Shown piece by piece: positions 1-7,919 of a stretch of 8,705 nucleotides of DNA (the stretch's first letter is position 1; each line of letters opens with the position of its first letter). Below the pieces are notes generated by a model, which worked only from the letters and a program-made list of their open reading frames with translations, had not been told where the DNA came from and did not search any database. Source of the DNA: Octopus sinensis (lineage: Eukaryota). Made by a program: the position numbers and the translations under genes. The stretch is from positions 1-8,705 of the forward strand of contig NW_021828379.1 in assembly GCF_006345805.1 (NCBI RefSeq), in the 5' to 3' direction.

Positions 1-22
1 AGATAGATAGAGAGAGATAGAG

Positions 23-61
<39 letters not shown>

Positions 62-70
62 TAGATAGAT
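1..70. repeat. (AGAT)n tetranucleotide microsatellite, cut by the window start
   Basis: Direct reading: AGAT units with a few AG/AGG/ATT interruptions. Confidence 0.97.
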
Positions 71-117
71 GTGTGTGGGTGTCCATCTTTCTGTTCATCT
101 TCCTGTCATTTTTTATC

Positions 118-270
118 GATTTATTTGTTTCGGTCATTGGACTGCGGCCATGCTGGAGCACCGAAACGAAGGGTTTACTCGAACAAAACGATTCCAATCA
201 ACTTTTTTTCTCTTTTTATTCAGTTTGGTGTCTTTTGCTGAACTGCTAGGTTACGAGGACGTAAACAAAT
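118..270 (-). mobile_element. Diverged 3' half (tail) of main SINE family
   Basis: Reverse complement reads GTTTACGTCCTCGTAACCTAGCAGTTCAGCAAAAG...GGTGCTCCAGCATGGCCGCAGTCCAATGACCGAAACAAATAA, matching the tails at about 520-660, 4700-4840 and 8180-8340. Confidence 0.88.
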
Positions 271-307
271 TAACTCTTGGAGCAAACATTGGTAGATTTA
301 CATATAT

Positions 308-677
308 AGGCACAGGAGTGGCTGTGTGGTAAGTAGCTTGCTAACCAACCACATGGTTCCGGGTTCAGTCCCACTGCGTGGCATCTTGGGCAAGTGTCTT
401 CTGCTATAGCCTCGGGTCGACCAAAGCCTTGTGAGTGGATTTGGTAGACGGAAACTGAAAGAAGCCTGTCGTATATATGTTTGTGTCTGTGTTTGTCCCT
501 CTAGCATTGCTTGACAACCGGTGCTGGTGTGTTTACGTTCCCGTTACTTAGCTGTTCGGCAAAAGAGACCGATAGAATAAGTACTGGGCTTGTAAAAGAT
601 TTGCTCGACCAAAGGCGGTGCTCCAGCATGGCCGCAGTCAAGTGACTGAAACAAATAAAAGAGTAAAAGAAGTAAAA
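308..677 (+). mobile_element. Full-length tRNA-derived SINE, main family, subfamily A
   Basis: Head AGGCACAGGAGTGGCTGTGTGG with Pol III A/B-like boxes, short central TA/GT tract at about 471-490, and tail GGCGGTGCTCCAGCATGGCCGCAGTC ending in GTAAAAGA-like repeats. 315-411 is identical over 97 nt to 4446-4542. Confidence 0.93.
319..371 (+). promoter_or_regulatory. Internal RNA Pol III type-2 promoter of the SINE head (A box 319-329, B box 362-371)
   Basis: TGGCTGTGTGG resembles TRGCNNARYGG; GGTTCAGTCC resembles GGTTCRANTCC; spacing is tRNA-like. Activity is not shown. Confidence 0.65.
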
Positions 678-691
678 CTATACTTACAACG

Positions 692-825
692 AGTTTCCGA
701 CTATCAAATCCATTCACAAGGGTTTTGTTGACCCTGGGTATAAGACTTATCCAAGGTGCCATGCAATGTAACTGAGCCCGGATACACCTGGTTATGAAGC
801 ATACTTCTTACACACGCGACCACTT
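692..825 (-). mobile_element. Diverged 5' head of main SINE family
   Basis: Reverse complement: AAGTGGTCGCGTGTGTAAGAAGTATGCTT...CCGGGCTCAGTTACATTGCATGGCACCTTGGATAAGTCTT...CCTTGTGAATGGATTTGATAGTCGGAAACT, which aligns by eye to 315-460. Confidence 0.82.
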
Positions 826-864
826 ATATATGCATATGTGTAGGGGAGGGGTGTATGGAGGAGG

Positions 865-899
<35 letters not shown>

Positions 900-907
900 G
901 AGAGAGA
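865..907. repeat. Compound microsatellite (GT)n-(AT)n-(AG)n
   Basis: Direct reading. Confidence 0.95.
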
Positions 908-1070
908 TGTGCTTGCATAGCGAGTGACTTGATCTGAGATCGTGTACTGAAACGAAAACAATTGCAGCGTGGAAGATGTTTATAAGCCATTTAAGAAACG
1001 CACAAAAACCGTTAGCTTCACTTCAACATTTAAATTTAATTTGTCAAAATATTTTCGTCGCTTTGAGACC

Positions 1071-1132
1071 GCGACCTGTTCACTGACAAAACTTTGTGCT
1101 GCAGCAGGAAGTTTTGTCAGTGAACAGGTCGC
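1071..1132. repeat. 62-bp near-perfect palindrome (24-bp perfect arms), extending imperfectly to about 1041-1160
   Basis: GCGACCTGTTCACTGACAAAACTT (1071-1094) is the exact reverse complement of 1109-1132. The spacer holds self-complementary TGCTGCAGCA (1097-1106). Confidence 0.95.
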
Positions 1133-1339
1133 TCTCATAAGCGTAAATTTGTTTTGCCAACATGATCGTCTCCGTTTTTAAATTAGGAAACGATATTTAG
1201 ATAAGCACACAGCTTGCTCTTTTTAACCATAGCTAACACCAATTTACGGGAAATAATTTCTTTTCTCCCAGGGAAAAAAAATATCTTTCTCTATGTTTCA
1301 TTCCATCTTTTTGCCACTACCATGCCAACCTACGCTCTA

Positions 1340-1634
1340 TTTTGTTTGTTCCTTCTCAAGCCGGGCCTGGCTCATAAGGGCCGGTTTCCCGGTTTCCTTG
1401 GCGTATAGGCTCACCACCTGGACGGGACGCCGGTCCGTCGCAGGCGAGCTGCAAGAGGGAAGTGTGTAAGTTGTGGCGAAAGAGTCAGCAGAGGTTCGCC
1501 ATTACCTTCTGCCGGAGCCGCGTGGAGCTTAGGTGTTTCGCTCATAAACACACACATCGCCCGGTCTGAGATTCGAACCCGCGATCCCTCGACCGCGAGT
1601 CCGCTGCTCTAACCATTAGGCCATGTGCCTCCAC
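1340..1634 (-). mobile_element. Full-length tRNA-derived SINE, second family, with TSD
   Basis: Minus-strand head GTGGAGGCACATGGCCTAATGGTTAGAGCAGCGG...GGGTTCGAATCTC (A box 1613-1623, B box 1569-1579). Tail ends GAGAAGGAACAAACAAAA. Flanked by CTACGCTCTA (1330-1339) and CTACACTCTA (1635-1644), a 9/10 match. Confidence 0.9.
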
Positions 1635-1959
1635 CTACACTCTACGTACACCCAATGTTAAAGAGGCTATGCTCTGCTGGCCAGCATGTCTTGATTTTCG
1701 GTCAATATTGTCTAATACCAATATTCCGAGTAGTTATATGTAATAATACATGACGCAGGCACAGGTTGTATATTAACTAGATTCGCAAAGGATGACAATT
1801 CTTTAAGATAGAAATTGTTAATATTATTTCTAGAAACAGTTTTTTTTTTGTAACATGTTCTATTGAAAATATGATTAATCTGATTTTTATCTGATTTATC
1901 AATTATCTCACTCCTGCTTCTTCTAATGCTCCAAGCTTGTTTTCCAATCAAATACTACT

Positions 1960-2066
1960 GGGTTCAGTCCCACCGCACGGTACTTTCAACAAGTGTCTTC
2001 TCCTATAACTACCGTCCAACATAAAGCTTTGTGAGGGGATTTAGTAGACGGAAACTGAAACCTGTC
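1960..2066 (+). mobile_element. Diverged, 5'-eroded head of main SINE family
   Basis: GGGTTCAGTCCCACCGCACGG...CAAGTGTCTTCTCCTATA...AAAGCTTTGTGAGGGGATTTAGTAGACGGAAACTGAAA matches 361-460. Confidence 0.85.
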
Positions 2067-2111
2067 ACGCGGCCGCATGTGTGAGTGTCTATATATTATA
2101 TATATTGTTTA

Positions 2112-2345
2112 AGGCGGCGAGCTGGCAGAATCGTTAGCACGTTGGGCGAAATGCTTAGCCGTATTTCGTCTGCCGTTACGTTCTGAATTCAAATTCCGCC
2201 GAGGTCGACTTTGCCTTTCATCCTTTCGGGGTCGATAAATAAAGTACCAGTTATGCACTGGGGTCAATGTAATCGACTTAATCCGTTTGTCTGTCTTTGT
2301 TTGTCCCCTCTATGTTTAGCCCCATGTGGGTAGTAAAGAAATATA
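2112..2345 (+). mobile_element. tRNA-derived SINE, third family, with perfect 22-bp TSD
   Basis: Head AGGCGGCGAGCTGGCAGAATCG (A box 2123-2133) and B-box-like ATTCAAATTCC (about 2187-2197). Flanks TATATATTATATATATTGTTTA at 2090-2111 and 2346-2367 are identical. Confidence 0.92.
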
Positions 2346-2429
2346 TATATATTATATATATTGTTTACATGTATACATATATATAATTATAGATAGATAT
2401 AGACATAAATATATATATATATTATGGTG

Positions 2430-2628
2430 TGTGTCCTACCAGCACTTGACAATCGGTGTTGGTTTCTTTACGTCCGTGTAACTTAGCGGTTCAGCCAAAG
2501 AGCCGATGGAATAAGTACCTCACTTTTAAAACGATAAGTACCGAGGTCGATTTGTTGCACCAAATTCTTCAAGACGGTGCCCCAGCATGGCTACAGTCCA
2601 ATGACTAACACAAATAAAAAATAAAAGA
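2430..2628 (+). mobile_element. Diverged 3' half of main SINE family
   Basis: CACTTGACAATCGGTGTTGG...TTTACGTCCGTGTAACTTAGCGGTTCAGC...GGTGCCCCAGCATGGCTACAGTCCAATGACT...AAATAAAA. Confidence 0.88.
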
Positions 2629-2879
2629 TGTATTCTTAGTAATTTGTTTGGGATGTTAAATTCCTATCGTTTCCAGACTTTTATATTCTCATCTTCATTA
2701 TGAAGTGATGTATGTTCCTCCCGCCTTATAGTAAGGAAAAACCAATGTCGTCGGTGTATATATTATCGCTCTAATTTGAATATTAACCGTTAGATTTACG
2801 CATCATTTAAACATTTTTATTTTAGTGTGTGATTGGTGTATGCCATCTAGATGACATTTTGGTATTGAGCCGTATTGTT

Positions 2880-4410
2880 AGTATCGATTCTATCATTAAT
2901 CATGTGTGGGTCTTAGAACAGTTCAACATCATGCGCACAGTCCGGCTAGTTTGTCCCCTTTCGTCTCTCTTGTATGTACTGACTCTCGAGCCATTGTTAC
3001 ACAAACTGAGAAGCATCCCCCGTTTCCTACGATGTGGGAGATGCGTGTTGGTATATGCCGACGACGCCAACGTAGTGGTGTTGGATCATAAACACATAGA
3101 AATGATTGGTACCGCCCTCAGGAATTACGAGGCGGTTTCAGGAGTGACAATTAACCAGGAAAAGTCAGTGAGTTTACGGCTCGGCACCTGAAGAAGCAAA
3201 TCCATGCCGTCCAACTGTGTCGTTGAGCACTGGACGGACAGATCGGTTAAAATGCTTGAGGTTTGGTTCGGTTCGGGCCTCCAGGTGGGCAAAAACTGGG
3301 AAGAGTTAATGAGCAGGGTAACTACTCTCACCTAGGAATGGGCCGAGAGAAAGCTATCCCTGAAAGGTCGAACAGAGGTGGCTAACGCGTATATTACGTC
3401 CGTCATCTGCTATCGCTTGACCATCGTGCCTTGTCCTGGCCACCTCCTGAGTACGCTGGAACATATACTCTCCCGCTTCTTGTAGAAGGGACTCGTCCCG
3501 ATGGTCAGATGGTCTATCTGCTGCCAAGCCCCGCTGCGTGGAGACTTGGACATGCCGTGGTTGATGATGCATAGACATGCGCTGAGGCTACGATATTTCC
3601 AGTGCTTCCTTAACGGTGAAAAGGTGTGGCGCCGTTCGCCAGACACGTATTTCCACAGCTAGTTTCTTTAACGGAGCTGCAGTCCTGGATGAAGCAGAGA
3701 CCGAAGGGAGCATTTGGAAAGTGGAATGTATTCAAGCCCTCGCAAACCTCAGCCAATCGGACGGTGCGATAGGTGGGACGTCCACTTCAGATTTTTATAA
3801 TGGATTAGTGGAGGAAAAGTGCGACAAAGATTTTGGGGAGACATTTGGCGTCGAAGATCAGCTAGTCGCTCTTTTAGAATTTTCAGGCCGGGACCGATCG
3901 ATAATTTCCCAAGTTCCCTGGCCTGGCAGTATTACCGGGGAACTTTGCTTGTTCGAGACAAACTTTACAGGCATGGAAGTACCGTCAGCCGAACATGTCC
4001 GAGATGCGAGCAGGACGACGGGACGGTCCTGCGTGCACTCGTCCAGTGCCAGAACATTGCTGACCTGTAGATCTATGTCGAACACCAGCTGTCGCGTGTG
4101 GGACGGATCCGGCTGTCGACTGAATCCATCGTGAAGATCGCCCCGCCACCTTCCTTTAACCGGGGAGGAAAGGCTGTTTTTATATGCCTGGTAGCCATGG
4201 CAAAAGAGGTTGTGTGGTGGACGAGATTGAAAGGGCTGAAGACAAACACTTTTCTCTTTGGCCAATCCCTGATGAACTTCTTCAAGTTTCACTTGAAAAG
4301 GAAAGTAAGGGTAGAAGAGGGAAGTATTGTATTCTAGCCACTTTTGCTGAAAGATGGATGATAGTGGCGAGAATGGTACGAGTGAACCGGCTTGCCAGAC
4401 CATACACTTG
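2880..4410 (+). mobile_element. 5'-truncated, inactivated non-LTR retrotransposon (L1 clade, most like Tx1)
   Basis: Stitched frames give an RT C-terminal half (VRLVCPLSSLLY resembling RQGCPLSP; YADD at 3054-3065; NQEKS), then LSLKGRTEVANAY, then CPRC-x8-R-x4-C at 3996-4049 and a C-terminal WWTR...ERW region. The 5' boundary is approximate. The Tx1 call rests on recalled motifs. Confidence 0.88.
2904..4400 (+). pseudogene. Disrupted LINE ORF2 remnant (reverse transcriptase C-terminal part plus degenerate CCHC zinc knuckle)
   Basis: In-frame stops at 3189, 3333, 3483 and 4068; apparent frameshifts near 3630, 3705, 3875 and 4320. The knuckle His position is Arg (CGT, 4032-4034). Track ORFs 2829-3191, 3616-4134, 3819-4070, 4098-4337 and part of 4184-4540 are pieces of it. 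Confidence 0.9.
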
Positions 4411-4438
4411 TAGTTGGAAAAAAGGAAAGAAAAAGTCA

Positions 4439-4850
4439 AGGCGCCGGAGTGGCTGTGTGGTAAGTAGCTTGCTAACCAACCACATGGTTCCGGGTTCAGT
4501 CCCACTGCGTGGCATCTTGGGCAAGTGTCTTCTGCTATAGCCCCGGACCGACCAATGCCTTGTGAGTGGATTTGGTAGACGGAAACTGAAAGAAGCCTGT
4601 CGTATATATGTATATATATATTATATATAGATATATATATATATATGTATGTGTGTGTTTGTGTGTCTGTGTTTGTCCCCCTAGCATTGCTTGACAACCG
4701 ATGCTGGTGTGTTTACGTCCCCGTCACTTAGCGGTTCGGCAGTACTAGGCTTACAAAAGAATAAGTCCCAGGGTCGACTTGCTCGATTAAAGGCGGTGCT
4801 CCAGCATGGCCGCAGTCAAATGACTGAAACAAGTAAAAGAGTAATAGAGT
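4439..4850 (+). mobile_element. Full-length main-family SINE, subfamily A, with expanded central (TA)n/(GT)n tract
   Basis: Head identical to the 308 copy over 97 nt; microsatellite at about 4602-4660; tail ...CCAGCATGGCCGCAGTCAAATGACTGAAACAAGTAAAAGAGTAATAGAG. Confidence 0.94.
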
Positions 4851-5101
4851 ACCCATGTTTTTTTTTCTTTCTGGGGTCTTTCCATAAGCAGTCCTCGAAT
4901 GTCTGCCTATTAAGGATTACATATTGTTGATTTCTTTTTCTCTTTCTTTCTATATTTTTTTATTATTTTGTTATTCTTGTTTACACACAAAACACTCCAC
5001 AACAGCACACACTCACACACATACACAGACACATTCATTGTTTTGTCCTCTGCTGTCCATAATATTTTTTCTTAATGCAAGCCCTTGTGGTTAATAAAGA
5101 A

Positions 5102-5240
5102 ATCATCATCATCATTTTCATTATTATCATTATTATTATTATTATCATATTATCATTATTATTATTATCATTATTATTATTTTTATCATTATTATTATTA
5201 TTACATTCTTCTTCTTCTCTTCTTCTTCTTCTCTTCCTTC

Positions 5241-5275
<35 letters not shown>

Positions 5276-5317
5276 TTATTATATTATTATATTTCATTAT
5301 TATTATTATATTATTAT
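5102..5317. repeat. Compound trinucleotide microsatellite (ATC)n/(TTA)n/(CTT)n/(TTA)n
   Basis: Direct reading; CTT block at about 5206-5242. Confidence 0.96.
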
Positions 5318-5426
5318 ACTTTTTCTTTTCTTCTTTCAAATTTGCTTCCATTTCTTGCCGAGTGTCTTCCCGTCCTAGGGCTAAGAAACTCAGTAGTATA
5401 CATTCGTAGGCCATTAAACCAAACTC

Positions 5427-5458
5427 ATTATTATTATTATTATATTATTATATTATTG

Positions 5459-5500
<42 letters not shown>

Positions 5501-5557
5501 TATTATTATTATTTTTATTATTATTATTATTATTATCATCATCATTATTATTATTAG
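5427..5557. repeat. (TTA)n microsatellite with TTG/CAT variants
   Basis: Direct reading. Confidence 0.96.
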
Positions 5558-5771
5558 TGAAAAGGTTGTCTAGTAAACTAATTAATAAATCAAGTACCCC
5601 GTCGAGTGCTCGATAAATCCATCAATCGAGAAATCGGTTTGTCAGTCCTTTTTGCCGCCCTTTCATGACCTCATCAAAGGTGTACTCTGGCTGATCCAGT
5701 TCTGACCTTATTAAGCTAAATATATATAAAAAAAAACTATAAATGTAAATCTGCGTGTGTGTGTGTTTGTG

Positions 5772-5772
<1 letters not shown>

Positions 5773-5866
<94 letters not shown>

Positions 5867-5898
5867 CAGATAGACAGATAGATAGACAGATAGATAAG

Positions 5899-5956
<58 letters not shown>
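5773..5956. repeat. (AGAT)n with AGAC variants, followed by (GA)n
   Basis: Direct reading; AGAT to about 5930, then GA to 5956. Confidence 0.97.
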
Positions 5957-5958
<2 letters not shown>

Positions 5959-6054
5959 TGCATTACCTGAACGCACCCTCTCATTCACATACACACGTAG
6001 AACATATAAGATGGCGAGATACACCGCCCTAGATGTAGACGAACACTCATAAAA

Positions 6055-6164
6055 CAATATTATATGTATATGCTTGTCTATGTATATTTGTAAATATATA
6101 TATTATATGTGTGTGTGTATATATTCGTATATACATGAACATAAATATTTTATATGAGAATATA

Positions 6165-6202
<38 letters not shown>
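6055..6202. repeat. Degenerate (TA)n/(TG)n low-complexity tract ending in pure (TA)n
   Basis: Direct reading. Confidence 0.9.
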
Positions 6203-6205
<3 letters not shown>

Positions 6206-6206
6206 T

Positions 6207-6264
6207 GGCGGTGCCCCAGCATGGTCACAGCTCATGACCTGAAACTAGAATCAATCAATCAATC
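6207..6264 (+). mobile_element. Isolated 3'-end fragment related to the main SINE tail, ending in (TCAA)n
   Basis: GGCGGTGCCCCAGCATGGTCACAG matches the conserved tail core; followed by TGAAACTAGAA and TCAATCAATCAATC. Confidence 0.7.
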
Positions 6265-6509
6265 ATATATATATATACGCGCACACATACATACATAGTA
6301 TGTGTCTGAGTATGTGTAAAGCCATAAGCGTACAAACATCACATTCAATCAACAATGCATACGCACATACGTATTTCAACAACGAAGTGCATCGTAGGCT
6401 CATTATAAGCTAAAGGTCTGTTTCTTAATTATGTTAACTAATCAATCATACATTAAAATAATACAATTGAATTAATTTCGATTCATTACACACGACATGC
6501 ACAAACATT

Positions 6510-6538
6510 ACACACACACACACACACACACAGACACA
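6510..6538. repeat. (AC)n microsatellite
   Basis: Direct reading. Confidence 0.93.
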
Positions 6539-6774
6539 AAAAGAACAAGCGTTTAACGAAGTGAAGCCTTTATGAATTACCTCCCTTAACAGATTCTCCT
6601 TCCATTCACAGCAAACATAAATACCGTGATACCTAAGCCACGCCTTATTCTCTTCTCTGTATTATTTATTTGTAACCTAGATTTCTGATTGGCTAAGATA
6701 TATTCGACCAATGAATTGTGAGGCTGTAGAATGCTGTGAAATTTACGAATTTGTTCAAATAGTCTTGGAACATT

Positions 6775-7001
6775 ATTTACTCTTTTACTTGTTTCAGTCA
6801 TTTGACTGCGGCCATGCTGAGCACCGCCTTTTAGTCGAGCAATCGACTCCAGGACTTATTCTTTGTAAGCCTAGTACTTATTCATCAGTGTCTCTTTTGC
6901 CGAACCGTAAGTTACGGGACGAAACACAAAAGCAGTATCGGTCGTCAAGTGATGTTGGGGGGACAAACCAACCGACACACAACACACACACCACACACAC
7001 A

Positions 7002-7037
<36 letters not shown>

Positions 7038-7200
7038 GACGGGCTTCTTTCAGTTTCCGTTTACCAAATGCACTCACAAGGCTTTGGTCGGCCCGAGGCT
7101 ATAGTAGAAGACACTTGTCCAAGGTGCCACGCAGTGGGACTGAACCCAGAACCATGTGGTTGGTAAGCAAACTACTTACCACACGGCCACTTCTACGCCT
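6775..7200 (-). mobile_element. Full-length main-family SINE, subfamily B, minus strand
   Basis: Minus strand reads AGGCGTAGAAGTGGCCGTGTGGTAAGTAGTTTGCTTACCAACC..., then central (TA)n at 7004-7036 and (GT)n at about 6975-7002, then tail ...GGCGGTGCTCAGCATGGCCGCAGTCAAATGACTGAAACAAGTAAAAGAGTAAAT. Confidence 0.93.
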
Positions 7201-7212
7201 GTTTATTAATAA

Positions 7213-7589
7213 CTAGCAGTATCGCCCGGCGTTGCTCGGGTTTGTAAGGGAAATAACGATATAAGCATTTTTAGAGAGTTATAGCCAAAAAATAGCAAAA
7301 AATGCATTAAAATGGAAAAAAATGATGGTAAATTTTTTTTTAATCGTTGACTCATCGTAGACATTTTTAGAGAGTTACTTCCTATTATAGCGAAAAAATG
7401 CATTAAAATGGAAAAAAATGATGATAAATTTTTTTTTAAATCGTAGACTCATCGTAGACGCGCGCAAATACCCAGAAGGGCTCGATATGAATCACGACTT
7501 TTTGGTTAAACTGCACCGCAAAATATGGGAGTAGTTAGGAATCTAAATCGTAGGAGACAGACACACAACCTCTCTTTTATATATAAAGA
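7213..7589 (-). mobile_element. Non-autonomous Helitron (rolling-circle element), 377 bp, both termini intact
   Basis: Minus strand starts TC (TCTTTATATATAAAAG, 7589 downward) and ends CTAG (7216-7213). A GC-rich hairpin CCCGAGC-AAC-GCCGGG (7240-7225) lies 8 nt before CTAG. Inserted between A (7590) and T (7212) with no TSD. Confidence 0.85.
7266..7458. repeat. Two-copy tandem duplication (96 and 97 bp) inside the Helitron
   Basis: 7266-7361 and 7362-7458 both run CATTTTTAGAGAGTTA...AAAAAATGCATTAAAATGGAAAAAAATGATG(G/A)TAAATTTTTTTT...ATCGT(T/A)GACTCATCGTAGA. Confidence 0.93.
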
Positions 7590-7805
7590 TTTCTCAATTA
7601 ATTCTGTGCTTCAGTTACGATATTAGAATTATACTGACGTGTGTGTGAGAGTAAGGGGTGGTTACATGTATTGTTTGACTATATGGACCAAACCTAAAAC
7701 ACGCGATAAAATTATACGATTAAATAAGAGTTAATACGTTTATATTTCTTGTGTGTGCGTGAGTGTGTTCTGTTTGTCTGTGGGTATATGAGAAAATTCA
7801 TATAC

Positions 7806-7919
7806 GAGCGGTTGTGTGGTAAGAAGCTTGCTTACCAACCACATGGTTCCGGGTTCAGTCCCACTGCGTGACACCTTAGGCAAGTATCTTCTACTATAGC
7901 CGTGCCAACCAAAGCCTTG
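7806..7919 (+). mobile_element. 5' head of main-family SINE, subfamily B (outer element)
   Basis: GAGCGGTTGTGTGGTAAGAAGCTTGCTTACCAACCACATGGTTCCGGGTTCAGTCCCACTGCGTGACACCTTAGGCAAGTATCTTCTACTATAGCC; stops after AAAGCCTTGA. Confidence 0.9.

Noticed and set aside
843-865. G-quadruplex
   Set aside because: Only three runs of three or more G; at best a weak two-tier motif next to a microsatellite.
1560-1634. tRNA gene
   Set aside because: A and B boxes are present, but I could not build a convincing cloverleaf, and the sequence continues into a SINE body bounded by a TSD. The same applies to the other SINE heads.
1675-1686. 12-bp palindrome TGCTGGCCAGCA
   Set aside because: Short and isolated, with no supporting context; plausible by chance.
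3189-4070. Deaminase-type hypermutation, since LINE stops fall at likely TGG/CAG codons
   Set aside because: Transitions can create stops only from TGG, CAR and CGA codons, so four such stops are expected under neutral decay.
3858-4697. Longest ORF (279 aa, minus strand)
   Set aside because: It is an antisense read-through of a SINE plus the LINE remnant. The same SINE-derived peptide (EDTCPRCHAVGLNPEPCGW) recurs in ORFs 6711-7166 and 7832-8176. Its CPRC is unrelated to the LINE knuckle.
5075-5557. Poly-I/L/Y ORFs that look hydrophobic or membrane-like
   Set aside because: They are translations of stop-free frames of (TTA)n/(CTT)n microsatellites.
5622-6235. ORFs with SIYL/IYIY repeats
   Set aside because: They are translations of (AGAT)n and (TA)n; only 5622-5715 is non-repetitive, and it is treated separately.
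6686-6714. Opposed CCAAT boxes (ATTGG 6688-6692, CCAAT 6708-6712)
   Set aside because: Five-base motifs are common, and there is no associated start site or gene.
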